DNA of 64,000 nucleotides from Gammaproteobacteria bacterium. Lineage in GTDB: Bacteria > Pseudomonadota > Gammaproteobacteria > UBA1113. This document shows, one piece after another, positions 19,206 to 29,337 of the stretch. Every line of letters starts with the position of its first letter. Position 1 is the first letter of the stretch. A program made the translations under genes and the position numbers. The notes below the pieces were generated by a model. The model saw only the letters and a list, made by a program, of their open reading frames with translations. It had not been told where the DNA came from and made no database searches. The stretch spans positions 59,885-123,884 of the forward strand of contig JAJFKI010000027.1 of assembly GCA_021773295.1 (NCBI GenBank), in the 5' to 3' direction.

Positions 19206-20591
19206 ATGGGCAACAACCTACATCGCCGTATCGGCAACGTTATGCTACTGATCACATTATTGCTTTATGCCGTATCAGCATTAGCTGAGGGTGATATTTA
19301 TCTGCCGGGCATTCAACTTTATCAAACCTCTCTCAAAAGCCATTCAAAGAAACAGTACACAGTCATCAATGAAAAAAATTATCACCGCATCATGCAATAT
19401 TCTAATAATGAAATTTCAGTCGTACTCGAAAACCTTACCCAAATAAGACAAACACTCGCTGCGAGCGGCCAGGAAAGAAATGCTGAATTAATTGCAATTA
19501 TTAAAAAATTTACAAATAAGCCTTATACCTTAATAGGTGCACAAGGGGAGGGAGATGGTATTTATACCATTACCAGCCATATTGACACGCGTCATATCCA
19601 ACAAGATCCTCTCTACAGAACTGATGCCTTTAACTGCATGACCTTGGTGGAAACAGTCATCGCTTTGTTTCAATCTGATAATTTAGATGATTTTAAACAG
19701 CAAATTCTCAAAATAGAATATGGCACGGCTCAGTTGCCTCAAAGCAATCAAATTCATTATTGTAATCGCAATAATTTCACCAGCAAGGATTTTAATCCCA
19801 TTAATCAAGCACATGGTTATATGAAGGATATAACGACAATACTGCCATTTTCAGAAGAAGCAAAAACAGTGAGTGTGAGTATTGATCCCAATAAATGGAT
19901 GTACCAACAATACAAGAATTCATATTTACTCAGAACAAGTGTTCGCACCTTTAACGCTGCTACGGGTAAGTTGATGGCGAAGCGTCTTACCGATCATTAT
20001 GTTCATCAATTTTGCCCAAGATTAAAAACAAAAAATGTCAGTATGCGTTACATTCCAAAATCAAGTCTGGTAAAAAAAATGAAACAAGGAGTTTATCTCC
20101 CAGACAGAAAACGTTTGCAACAAATACCCACGCCTGCCATCGCCGAAATTGTTAGAAATGATAAAAAATGGGTGTCGAAAGGGCGTCCCATAGGATATCG
20201 CGTAGGGACGGGAATTATTGTGTCGCATTTGGGTTTGTTAACGCATCAAACCTTTACTAAAGGTGAGACGATTTACCAAAAGATTTTATGTAATGGCAAG
20301 GGGCCAAAACGCGCATGTCACGTTATCCCAGTCATTTGCCAGCATGCTGAATGCCCACGTTTAATGTTCACACATGCAACGGATGCTTACCCGGATACTT
20401 TTTACTATTATAAAACGGCGAAGGGCAATGTCTGTGGTGCCAATAAACCGAGTGCAATAAAACACTACAGCTACTGTAATCGCGTACACTCCATTCCTCT
20501 GGGTGACTATTTAGCACAAAAACAATATGGCCGTTATTTGTATATGGATAATGCATCGTTGCTTGGAATAAATTTTCAGAAGTTGATATGA
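19206..20591 (+). CDS. DUF1460 / NlpC-P60-like amidase domain secreted protein
   Basis: Signal peptide (ALA); FNCMTLVETVIAL (catalytic Cys), RNNF, SHLG and FTHA motifs; Cys-rich insertions. Confidence 0.75.
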   Translation: MGNNLHRRIGNVMLLITLLLYAVSALAEGDIYLPGIQLYQTSLKSHSKKQYTVINEKNYHRIMQYSNNEISVVLENLTQIRQTLAASGQERNAELIAIIKKFTNKPYTLIGAQGEGDGIYTITSHIDTRHIQQDPLYRTDAFNCMTLVETVIALFQSDNLDDFKQQILKIEYGTAQLPQSNQIHYCNRNNFTSKDFNPINQAHGYMKDITTILPFSEEAKTVSVSIDPNKWMYQQYKNSYLLRTSVRTFNAATGKLMAKRLTDHYVHQFCPRLKTKNVSMRYIPKSSLVKKMKQGVYLPDRKRLQQIPTPAIAEIVRNDKKWVSKGRPIGYRVGTGIIVSHLGLLTHQTFTKGETIYQKILCNGKGPKRACHVIPVICQHAECPRLMFTHATDAYPDTFYYYKTAKGNVCGANKPSAIKHYSYCNRVHSIPLGDYLAQKQYGRYLYMDNASLLGINFQKLI

Positions 20592-21691
20592 AGTCATTGA
20601 AAACTAAAACTTGGGTTTTGTTATTGATAGTAGCTGCCTTGGTGGTGTACTTTACTTATTTGTATTTTAAACCTTTTTATACAGGTCCAGTATCCAATCA
20701 TTTTGATGGTAGTCGTTTTAAAAACCCTAGCTATCGTCACAAAAATAAAACATGGCAATTTCTCAAATGGCAAGCCACCAGAAATGCCGCCAAATGGCCT
20801 CTTAGAAATCATATTACGCCTAATACCGATCTGTCTGCACACGTTGAAGGTAATAGATTACTAGTTACTTTCGTTGGTCACAGCACTGTATTGATTCAAA
20901 CACAGGGCATTAATATTTTGACCGATCCCATTTGGTCACAACGGGCTAGTCCTTTTCAGTGGATAGGCCCCAAGCGAGTTTCACAGCCAGGTATTCCTTT
21001 TGCAAGTTTGCCCAAAGTTGATGTGGTACTGATTTCCCACACTCATTACGATCACTTAGATATTAATACCATTAACAAACTTAATCAGCGCGATAAACCG
21101 TTATTCTTAATGGGTCTTGGTGTTATGCAGCAGGTAAAGTCTCAGCTACATGCTCCCATCAATACAAAAGCATTAGATTGGAGACAAAGTGTCACCATAA
21201 AAAATAACGTTAAAATAAGTTTTATCCCAATATTACATTGGTCTGCCCGTGGCATATTTGATAATAATAAAACACTCTGGGGTGGGTATGTCATCCAAAC
21301 TCAAATGGGTAATATCTTATTTGCAGGAGACACCGGGTATCAAAAACGTATATACAAAGCGATAAAAGAACATTATAGTCCAATAAGACTAGCCATCCTG
21401 CCCATAGGTGCTTTTCTTCCTAGATGGTTTATGCGCTACAACCACATGGATCCCTATGAAGCAGTCCAAGCCTACAAAACCCTAAAGGCAAGCTATGCGC
21501 TAGGTATCCACTATGGAACCTTCCAACTCTCAGATGAGGCAATTGATGAACCAGAAAAACAACTGAAAATAGCATTGAAAAAATCAAAAATAAACAAAAA
21601 TACTTTTAGGGCTCTTAACATTGGCCAAACTTGGGCTGTACCTGTCATGAATCAAAGCCACATCAGTCATGGTTGCATGGGGGATGATTAG
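20588..21691 (+). CDS. MBL-fold metallohydrolase (NAPE-PLD/RomA-like)
   Basis: GHS, TDPIW, SHTHYDHLD, HWSAR, FAGDTGY, LPIGA and IHYGTF motifs. Confidence 0.92.
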   Translation: MKSLKTKTWVLLLIVAALVVYFTYLYFKPFYTGPVSNHFDGSRFKNPSYRHKNKTWQFLKWQATRNAAKWPLRNHITPNTDLSAHVEGNRLLVTFVGHSTVLIQTQGINILTDPIWSQRASPFQWIGPKRVSQPGIPFASLPKVDVVLISHTHYDHLDINTINKLNQRDKPLFLMGLGVMQQVKSQLHAPINTKALDWRQSVTIKNNVKISFIPILHWSARGIFDNNKTLWGGYVIQTQMGNILFAGDTGYQKRIYKAIKEHYSPIRLAILPIGAFLPRWFMRYNHMDPYEAVQAYKTLKASYALGIHYGTFQLSDEAIDEPEKQLKIALKKSKINKNTFRALNIGQTWAVPVMNQSHISHGCMGDD

Positions 21692-21978
21692 TATCAATGG
21701 TGCTACGACATTAACGGATGCCGATAGAAATTGAGTTAGATGTGATTGCAACTGATTGAGTGCACCATGAATTTTATTATTGTTGTACTGAGTGGTAATA
21801 TCTTCTCGGATGTCAGCGATTATAGTACGTAATTGTCGATAAAAATGAGCTGCCTCTGATGCTCCATAATTGCTAACAGACTCCGAAAAATCGATGATTG
21901 GAGCTGGGGAGTTTTGCGTAAGCTCTAAATTTGAAGTACGATAAAAGTATAAACATTACTTCCTGAAGGGACTCGAGA

Positions 21979-24255
21979 GTGAAACAGTCATTAGCAACAT
22001 TTATAGCCATATTTTATACAACGTTATTGGTAACATTAACAGTTTCTAACGTGAGCAATGCGCAACCCAATGAACCACTTTTTCCTATCAACCAAGCAAA
22101 TAGACAATTTGATGCGATTACCATCAAATTAGCAGGGCGCAGCCCTGCAGTGGGAGAGTTGAAGAAAGCCGTCAGCCAATTAGAAATGTTAAAGGATAAA
22201 GCCGAGCAGTGTATCTCAAAAGCGCAAGATCAAGTGGATGACGTGGAAAAATTATTGCGCACGGATACAGATACAAAACCCGAACCAGGCAAACCTAGAG
22301 TTGATATACAATATCTTAATCAAAAGAAAGGCTTTTATGAAAATCAATTATCTCAATGCCGTTTATTTAAACTGCGCGCCCAAGAGTCAATCGAAGCCTT
22401 TGAAACAACGCTCCAAGCATTAACGACCTCGAGACTTTTAACGCGTAAAAAAACACTAATAGAAGTACTTGATAAAAAATTGCTTGCAACAATCAGCCTT
22501 GAACTCAGCACCCAGCACGTCGCACGTAAAATTGGATTTCATTTGTTTAGCCCTCTAGCAAGTATTTGGTTGCTGGGCTTATTAATTGTTGCCAGTGGGG
22601 TAGGCCTTATGCTGAGGCGTTATACGACTCTAGCATTAAAACGGTGTCAGAGCTTGGTTGGCAAGGTTATTATGGCGAGCATAAAACCTTATATTATACC
22701 AGGGCTTTGCCTAATCATTCTCAGTGTATTTTGGCGACTTCTTTATCAAGGTAATGAATTTACAGTTATAGAGCTTAGTTTTTATAGTTTGTTTGCTTAT
22801 ATCCTTTTTTCTCTATTCCTCAAGGCGATTTTTGTGCCGCCGCGTCCAGGTAACATTTGGCTATTAAAGCCTGATTTAGCCTTCTTAGTTCACCGACGTT
22901 TATCAATACAATTGTTTATCGTGCTTGCATGTTTGCTAATAATGTTGTGGCAACGCGGCTTAGTGGCTAACGCCATGATTACAAATTTAACATCAACAAT
23001 AGCCATGTCTATCATTGCGATTAGTATCTTTTGGACAGCGCTATTATTAAAACGGTTTCAATGGTTTGTCACAAGGAAATGGTTGGGCAATCTTCTCATT
23101 GGTTTTTTATTTATCGGGTTGATTGCTACGATAACCATGGAATGGCTTGGTTTTCACAATTTAACCACGTATTTACTGATCAATAGCCTTCTTACACTCG
23201 TTAGTATATGTTTCTTAGCCGTGTTACTAACCTCAATCTCACTCATTTTTTCAAATTTTATTCGTAAAAAACAATATGAAATTGTACGCATTCCTGCAGA
23301 AATTGGGATTCGTTATAAATTTGGATTAGAAGCGAGAATTATAAAATATATTGTTTATATAACACTCGTCTATTCTGCCTTTATTTTAATAATAAATATG
23401 TGGGGAATCACAAACGGCGTCTTAAAAAAGTTTATTGAGTGGACATCCGAAGGCTTCGTTGTGTCAAAGCTTTATATTAATCCGGCAATGATTTTCCTTG
23501 GTATTGTTTTGTTTTGCGTTTTATCCATCCTCGGAAAAATACTATCACTTTATGTTGCAAAACTGAGTCGCTTCTCCGGTCAGGAAGACAGCCAAATTGC
23601 TTTTGCAGCGTTAACACGATACATCACGTTTACAGTAGCTTTAGTCATCGGCCTTTTTATAGCGGGCGTCAACTTTACTGGTTTAGCTATTATAGCGGGT
23701 GCGTTATCCGTAGGTATTGGGTTAGGCTTGCAAGATATCGTTAATAATTTTGTTTCAGGGATTATTCTGATGTTAGAAAACACCATAAAGCCTGGTGACA
23801 GAATTACGTTAGGAACACAAGAAGGCTATGTGAAGCGTGTGCATGTCAGATACACACATATTTCAACCTTAGCTAAAGAAGATGTTATTGTTCCCAACTC
23901 ACAACTGGTTACAACACCGGTTACTAATTTCATGTTAGATAACCCAACCTGGCGAGTCGAGTGCAATGTGGGCGTTGCTTACGGTAGTGATATAGCACTA
24001 GTTATAAAATCACTTAAAGAAGTTGCTGCAGAGAATAGTGATGTTATTCATGACGATCCGGATAATCGTCCAAGAGTTATCTTTTTGGAGTTTGGTGATA
24101 GCGCATTACAATTTGGGTTATGGAGTGTAATAAGAGATGTGAATAAAAAATATAACATTTTGAGTCAACTTAATATTGCAATTGATAAAAAATTTCGTGA
24201 AAATAAGATTACCATTGCCTTCCCACAACGAGATGTTCATATAATCAATAATTGA
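21979..24255 (+). CDS. Large MscS-family mechanosensitive channel
   Basis: Periplasmic coiled coil, many TMs, GALSVGIGLGLQDIVNNFVSG, VPNS and IAFPQRDVH motifs. Confidence 0.93.
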   Translation: MKQSLATFIAIFYTTLLVTLTVSNVSNAQPNEPLFPINQANRQFDAITIKLAGRSPAVGELKKAVSQLEMLKDKAEQCISKAQDQVDDVEKLLRTDTDTKPEPGKPRVDIQYLNQKKGFYENQLSQCRLFKLRAQESIEAFETTLQALTTSRLLTRKKTLIEVLDKKLLATISLELSTQHVARKIGFHLFSPLASIWLLGLLIVASGVGLMLRRYTTLALKRCQSLVGKVIMASIKPYIIPGLCLIILSVFWRLLYQGNEFTVIELSFYSLFAYILFSLFLKAIFVPPRPGNIWLLKPDLAFLVHRRLSIQLFIVLACLLIMLWQRGLVANAMITNLTSTIAMSIIAISIFWTALLLKRFQWFVTRKWLGNLLIGFLFIGLIATITMEWLGFHNLTTYLLINSLLTLVSICFLAVLLTSISLIFSNFIRKKQYEIVRIPAEIGIRYKFGLEARIIKYIVYITLVYSAFILIINMWGITNGVLKKFIEWTSEGFVVSKLYINPAMIFLGIVLFCVLSILGKILSLYVAKLSRFSGQEDSQIAFAALTRYITFTVALVIGLFIAGVNFTGLAIIAGALSVGIGLGLQDIVNNFVSGIILMLENTIKPGDRITLGTQEGYVKRVHVRYTHISTLAKEDVIVPNSQLVTTPVTNFMLDNPTWRVECNVGVAYGSDIALVIKSLKEVAAENSDVIHDDPDNRPRVIFLEFGDSALQFGLWSVIRDVNKKYNILSQLNIAIDKKFRENKITIAFPQRDVHIINN

Positions 24256-24311
24256 CGCTAGTCACACTTGTAAGTATGATCGCCTCATTATCATATAGGA
24301 GTGGTACTATC

Positions 24312-24914
24312 GTGGATAAATCATTAACAAAAATGCTGGCAGGTTATCAAGCTTTTCGTGAAAAATATGCTCTTGGTGATTACTCTATCATGGAACAATT
24401 GGCTGTTCATGGCCAAAAGCCAGAAACCATGGTTGTCGCTTGTTGTGACTCAAGGGTTGATCCCTCTGTGATTTTGCAATGCGATCCGGGTGAGTTATTC
24501 ACCGTGAGAAATGTTGCCAATGTGGTACCCCCCTATGAGTCAGATGAAAAGCATCATGGCACGAGTGCAGCCTTAGAGTTTGGCATCTGTCATTTAAACG
24601 TTAAACATTTAATTGTATTAGGACACAGTCAGTGCGGTGGAATAAACGCTTTATTACATAGTGAATCCCTTGAAACGCATAATGACTTTATCTCTAATTG
24701 GGTGTCTGGTATTCAGTGTGAATCACCTAGTGTGGATGATGATACATTAGCAAAAGAGGCTTTAATAACCTATCATAAAAATTGCCTAAGCTTCCCTTGG
24801 ATTAAAACCCGCGTTGAGAATAAACAATTAATGATTCATCTCTGGTTCTTTACTATCAAAGAAGGGCAGATTTATACCTACGACGCTAAAGAAGCATGTT
24901 TTGTACCTTTATAG
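24312..24914 (+). CDS. Beta-class carbonic anhydrase
   Basis: CCDSRV, RNVAN and GHSQCGG motifs; GTG 24312 follows AGGAG. Confidence 0.93.
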   Translation: MDKSLTKMLAGYQAFREKYALGDYSIMEQLAVHGQKPETMVVACCDSRVDPSVILQCDPGELFTVRNVANVVPPYESDEKHHGTSAALEFGICHLNVKHLIVLGHSQCGGINALLHSESLETHNDFISNWVSGIQCESPSVDDDTLAKEALITYHKNCLSFPWIKTRVENKQLMIHLWFFTIKEGQIYTYDAKEACFVPL

Positions 24915-24922
24915 AAGTGTTC

Positions 24923-26212
24923 TTAAGGTTCAAATACAGTGTTAACATCAGGGAATACTGTGTTGGCTGCTTTGTCTCGAGCATCTCTAAGTGCTTGTTC
25001 CTTCATTGCTCTTTCGCAATTCCTATAGTCAGCAATACTAGCTGGTACACCTATCACACCAAAGGTACCAACTTGAGTTAATGCTTTTCCCCAGCGTGGT
25101 ACTCTTTCATTTTTTAAACCATAAGTAGTGATTAGTGTTAATAAGCCAGCAATATCCACCGAGTCAGCAATTAAGTGACCAACCAGCGCTAAATATTGCC
25201 AGACTTTTAATGATCCTTTTTTATGGTGCTCGTGATTAGAAATAGGTTGTAAAAAAAAGTCTTCTCCACTGTCAGACTCATTCATTTCTTGTGTCAGAAT
25301 TTGATGGTGGCGGTTTAAGACTTGGTGAGAATACATAGCACCGGTGGCAATAATAATAGAAACTCCCCCGCCAAAGGCCAAACCATAATATGAAAGATTA
25401 AAGAAAAACTTATTAAAGTCTGCCGCATTATCTATTATGTCGCCGAAGTAAATAGTGCTATTTACCATACTGGTTATAAGCAGCATTGCGGCTGAAAGAT
25501 TAGTCCAGCGATCAGCATCATCATTCATAGGACTGTGCGGTTTAGGTCCAACTATTTCCTGTCCACGTGGATGTTCAAGTTGAGCTTTTATTTCCATAGC
25601 ATTTTTACACGTTCTATACTGTGCAAAGCTTGCAAGTGCACCAATAAAAAAGGTGCCAGCTTGGGTAAGTGCTTGGGCCCATTGCGGGACATCTTCATGT
25701 TCTAGCCCAAACATAATAATAAGCGTCCATAATCCTGCGATATCAACAGAGTCAGATACCCAGTTTGAGGCAAGCGCGATATGTTGCCACCACTTTAAGC
25801 GTGGATTGTCTATGGAATCATCTTCGTTGTTATTATTAGTGCCGTAGTTATTTTGAGGGACAATAGACACCAGTGCTTGCTGAGCGTCATCTTTTTCTTC
25901 TTCTAATTCAATCTTTTTATTTTTATTAGGTTGATGATGTAAGTTTAAAATAAAATTTGAATAGCCAGATCCAAGCGCAATGATCAATGAAATTATCATA
26001 CCAAAGACAAGGCCATACATGGATAAATTAAATATATCCTCATCAAATTCGCCAGCATTATCAATGATGCCACCAAAATAAACACTGCAATTAAAGAAGC
26101 TGCTGATACCAATCATTAAGGCGGATAAGCCTGTCCAAAAGTCGGCTTGTTTGCGACCGTGGGAATGTGCCATATTCTTTCTCTCTCTGGGATTATCTGA
26201 AGGCAAGATCAT
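24923..26212 (-). CDS. Orphan polytopic membrane protein with an internal two-fold repeat
   Basis: Two homologous modules sharing YFGxIIDNA, NLSxYGL, HHQ, LKxWQ, DSVDIAGL, ALTQ and YRxCxxAM; start may be at MAHSH (26173). Confidence 0.8.
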   Translation of the reverse strand: MILPSDNPRERKNMAHSHGRKQADFWTGLSALMIGISSFFNCSVYFGGIIDNAGEFDEDIFNLSMYGLVFGMIISLIIALGSGYSNFILNLHHQPNKNKKIELEEEKDDAQQALVSIVPQNNYGTNNNNEDDSIDNPRLKWWQHIALASNWVSDSVDIAGLWTLIIMFGLEHEDVPQWAQALTQAGTFFIGALASFAQYRTCKNAMEIKAQLEHPRGQEIVGPKPHSPMNDDADRWTNLSAAMLLITSMVNSTIYFGDIIDNAADFNKFFFNLSYYGLAFGGGVSIIIATGAMYSHQVLNRHHQILTQEMNESDSGEDFFLQPISNHEHHKKGSLKVWQYLALVGHLIADSVDIAGLLTLITTYGLKNERVPRWGKALTQVGTFGVIGVPASIADYRNCERAMKEQALRDARDKAANTVFPDVNTVFEP

Positions 26213-26385
26213 AGGTGATTAAGCTTTTAGAGTCAACAGCGATGATAACCATTCTCATTAAGAAATTGTATTTTTCATGGAAATTGACAAAAGAACATAA
26301 TTTGTCCAGCGAAATATCACGGAACCCTACTATGCTCGGCAAATGCTTTAATATGAGGTGCGGCCCCGATCCTGGAAATTTAGGG

Positions 26386-26661
26386 TTAAATCTTCGTTAT
26401 CACAGCCTCAGTGACTAAATCATATTCAATTTCAGCAATTTTTTTCTCCATTTCCAACTGAAATATCCCAAATCTGTTAATGTGCTCTGTCCAGTATGGT
26501 GAAATCCCAGCTAACATCTCATCGGGAATCTCAATGCCTTGAGATCTTAACTTATTGATAGCCTTAGTTTGGTACACGACGTTATGAAATATGATCATGT
26601 TTGCCAACAGATGGTTAAACCGAATCATTTTTCTCTGGTTTGGTCTCATATTATCACTAAT
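26386..26661 (-). pseudogene. tnpA: Tn3-family transposase C-terminal remnant
   Basis: QRKMIRFNHLLANMIIFHN...ISPYWTEHINRFG is the typical Tn3 TnpA C-terminus; the rest of the ~1000-aa gene is missing. Confidence 0.85.
26397..26482. repeat. 86-bp direct repeat, copy 1 (tnpA 3' end)
   Basis: 84/86 identical to 30719-30804 by eye. Confidence 0.9.
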
Positions 26662-26759
26662 AGGGGTAATGCCCCCATTCGTGTCAAAATTTACGGTAAT
26701 ACTCTCAAAACATCATAAGATTTTTTCTTTGAGCTTATTGCACGAGTTCATGAGCATCA

Positions 26760-27682
26760 TATCTGCTTTGCCTTTTTAACAGCGATCATTCATCCAAAAC
26801 GATTAGCTAGAACTGCAATTATTATCCAGTCATCCACACTGATCAAGCTCCATAAGGCACTAATAAAAAGAAAATATCGCTTATTATTTTCTCGGAAATC
26901 ACAGCGAAAACCAGGACCTACCGGGCCATCTCAAGCATTAATTAATGCTATCCTGGAAATGAAAAAGCATAATCCTCGTTTTGGGTGTCGACGAATTGCA
27001 ATGCAAATAAGTGACACCGTTGGCATGGATATTAATAAAGATATTGTCTGGTGGGTTCTATCTCAATATTATCAACCAGGCTCCGGTGGTGATGGTCCTT
27101 CATGGCTAACCTTCATTGGCCACACGAAAGATAGTTTGTGGTCTGTTGACTTCTTTCGGGTTGAGTCTATCCTGCTAAAATCTCACTGGGTTATGGTCAT
27201 CATGGATCAATTTACGCGACGTATTATTGGTTTTGCTGTTCATCAAGGTGACTTAAATGGCATTGCCATTTGCTGCATGTTCAACAAAATGATTGCGAAA
27301 CAAGCGTTACCAAAGCATCTATCTTCAGACAACGAGCCGCTCTTTAACTTTCATCGATGGAAAGCGAATTTACGCATTTTAGACATCAAAGAAGTAAATT
27401 CCATTCCCTATCAACCTCGATCACATCCTTTCATTGAGCGATTGATTCGAAGTTGCAGAAATGAGCTATTGGACCGTACACTATTTTGGACTGAATCAGA
27501 CTTACAGCGCATACTCGACCAATTTAAGCAATATTTTAACGAGCAGCGTACCCACATGGGATTGCATGGGTAGCGTACCCAACAACATTGCTGAAAATAA
27601 GCAAAGCAACGTTATTAATATTAATCAGTTTCAATGGAAAACCCATTGCCGTGGCCTTTTTCAATTGCCTATTGCTGCTTGA
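26760..27682 (+). pseudogene. Integrase-core (rve, DDE) IS transposase, 5'-truncated and frameshifted
   Basis: Upstream frame reads TLIKLHKALIKRKYRLLFS..KPGPTGPS; WSVDFF, SSDN and IERLIRSCRNE motifs; frame switch near 27570 into ...CRGLFQLPIAA. Confidence 0.8.
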
Positions 27683-27704
27683 TTAACAATTAAAGACCTA
27701 CACC

Positions 27705-27920
27705 TTGAAAAAACATTCACACTTAAATCAATCGGATATTTCAGAATACATTTTAGCAAAGAGTGAAGGGATCATTAGTGAAGTTTCTACACTGATTAAA
27801 CGCGCAGCCGTATTGGCAATTGAATCAAAACAAGAATGTATTGATATAGATTTGCTGCAATCGGTGGACTACCATTCACCGATGGAACGGCGCCAGATGT
27901 TTGAACGTGAACTTCTGTAA
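27705..27920 (+). pseudogene. tniB: TniB (Tn402/Tn5053-type AAA ATPase) C-terminal remnant
   Basis: SEGIISEV..AAVLAIES..E.I....DY.SP.ERRQMFERELL matches the TniB C-terminus; no Walker motifs remain. Confidence 0.8.
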
Positions 27921-29129
27921 TTAATACTCAGCGGGCTTTTTATTTTTCGCTGATAACGATAAATTGCGAGTGGCAGCATGTCGATCCGTTTGCGCCACAT
28001 GCCGGTAATGCATGGTAGTGCCAACATCACTGTGCCCGGCATTTTCTTGCGCGACTTTTAATGGGGCACCTGACTCCAATAGATACGTCACATAACTGTG
28101 ACGCAACCAATGAGCGGAAGCAGCCCGTAGCTTAGAAGCTTTTCTAGGTTCATCGGGTTCGAACTGCGCGCTACCTAAATCAAATGCCCATCGTAGAATT
28201 TGATCGATACGGCGTGTACTGATAGGTTGCTTTAAATTTTGCATCGGAATAAGAGGCGTCTTTTCGCGAAACTTAGGAACAGATGAGGGCAGCCCAATAT
28301 TGAACCTAAATTCCCCCAATGCATTTAACAAGTCATCTGGCACCGGAATTTCACGCACTTTTTTGCCTTTTCCTGTCACACGCAAAAACCAATTATTTTC
28401 TCGTTGCAAAAAATTTCCCATCCGATTGTTTGCTGCTTCGGCAATGCGAAGTCCGGTATAAAATAATAAAAGCACAATATAGCGAGCACGGATGACTTGA
28501 AATTTTTGTTTGTCATCATTAATGAGATGCTCTGATAATGATTGCAATACCGCATTGATTTCATCCAATTCTAAATAACGATCGATGATTTTATTCTTTG
28601 ATTTATTCCGTTTTTTACGCCGTCGGTCAACGGCCAACGGATTGCCAATTAAATAATTAGATTGCACCAGGTAATTAAAGAAAGAATCTAAGATGGTTAA
28701 AGCTTTATTTATAGAGCTATTGCCCAGGCCTTTCACAAAAGGTCGCCAATTTTCATTAATCGAGCCATCTTTGTTTTGTCGTCTAGCGCTAGGAGCACAC
28801 CAAAGTTTTTTGGGAGTAGGGTGCTTCAAAAAAGATTGATATTCTAATAAGTGATCACGTCGCAAACTAGAAATATTCACTTTGGCGACATGAATACACC
28901 ACAACAATAAGCGTTCAATTTCCTTACTATATGAGCGTAATGTTTCTGGCGAGTCTTTAAATTCACTTAGAAAAACTGAAATGGCTTCGGCATCATTTTT
29001 TGCACTAATTAAGGCAGAACCTAGCTCTTTGTTATAATCAACTTGAGTAAACTCAACAATGGATTTGCCCATTTGACTTAGATTATCGGCAAGGATAAAT
29101 AGTGGTCTGATAGGTTCAGGTTGAGCCAT
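27921..29129 (-). CDS. Tyrosine recombinase (TnpS-like resolvase/integrase)
   Basis: YTGLR (R), GKGKK (K), HWLRH, AGH and TTMHY catalytic set intact; ETLRSYSKEIERLLLW N-domain; start at 29129 or 29150. Confidence 0.92.
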   Translation of the reverse strand: MAQPEPIRPLFILADNLSQMGKSIVEFTQVDYNKELGSALISAKNDAEAISVFLSEFKDSPETLRSYSKEIERLLLWCIHVAKVNISSLRRDHLLEYQSFLKHPTPKKLWCAPSARRQNKDGSINENWRPFVKGLGNSSINKALTILDSFFNYLVQSNYLIGNPLAVDRRRKKRNKSKNKIIDRYLELDEINAVLQSLSEHLINDDKQKFQVIRARYIVLLLFYTGLRIAEAANNRMGNFLQRENNWFLRVTGKGKKVREIPVPDDLLNALGEFRFNIGLPSSVPKFREKTPLIPMQNLKQPISTRRIDQILRWAFDLGSAQFEPDEPRKASKLRAASAHWLRHSYVTYLLESGAPLKVAQENAGHSDVGTTMHYRHVAQTDRHAATRNLSLSAKNKKPAEY

Positions 29130-29337
29130 AAAACGCCCTCTTTTTGACATTCAGATAATAAGATTACTCGGAAATTATTGATTTGTACCATGCGCCCTGT
29201 TATATTGCAAGTTACTCAATGATGGATTAAGTTGCTATGAAGAGGCCTCTTAAAAAACAATCACTTTATTCTTTGTCGCTAGTGGCATGAGATGTCATGT
29301 ATGGCGACAACGCAGAATACGAGTTAGGAAATAATAA

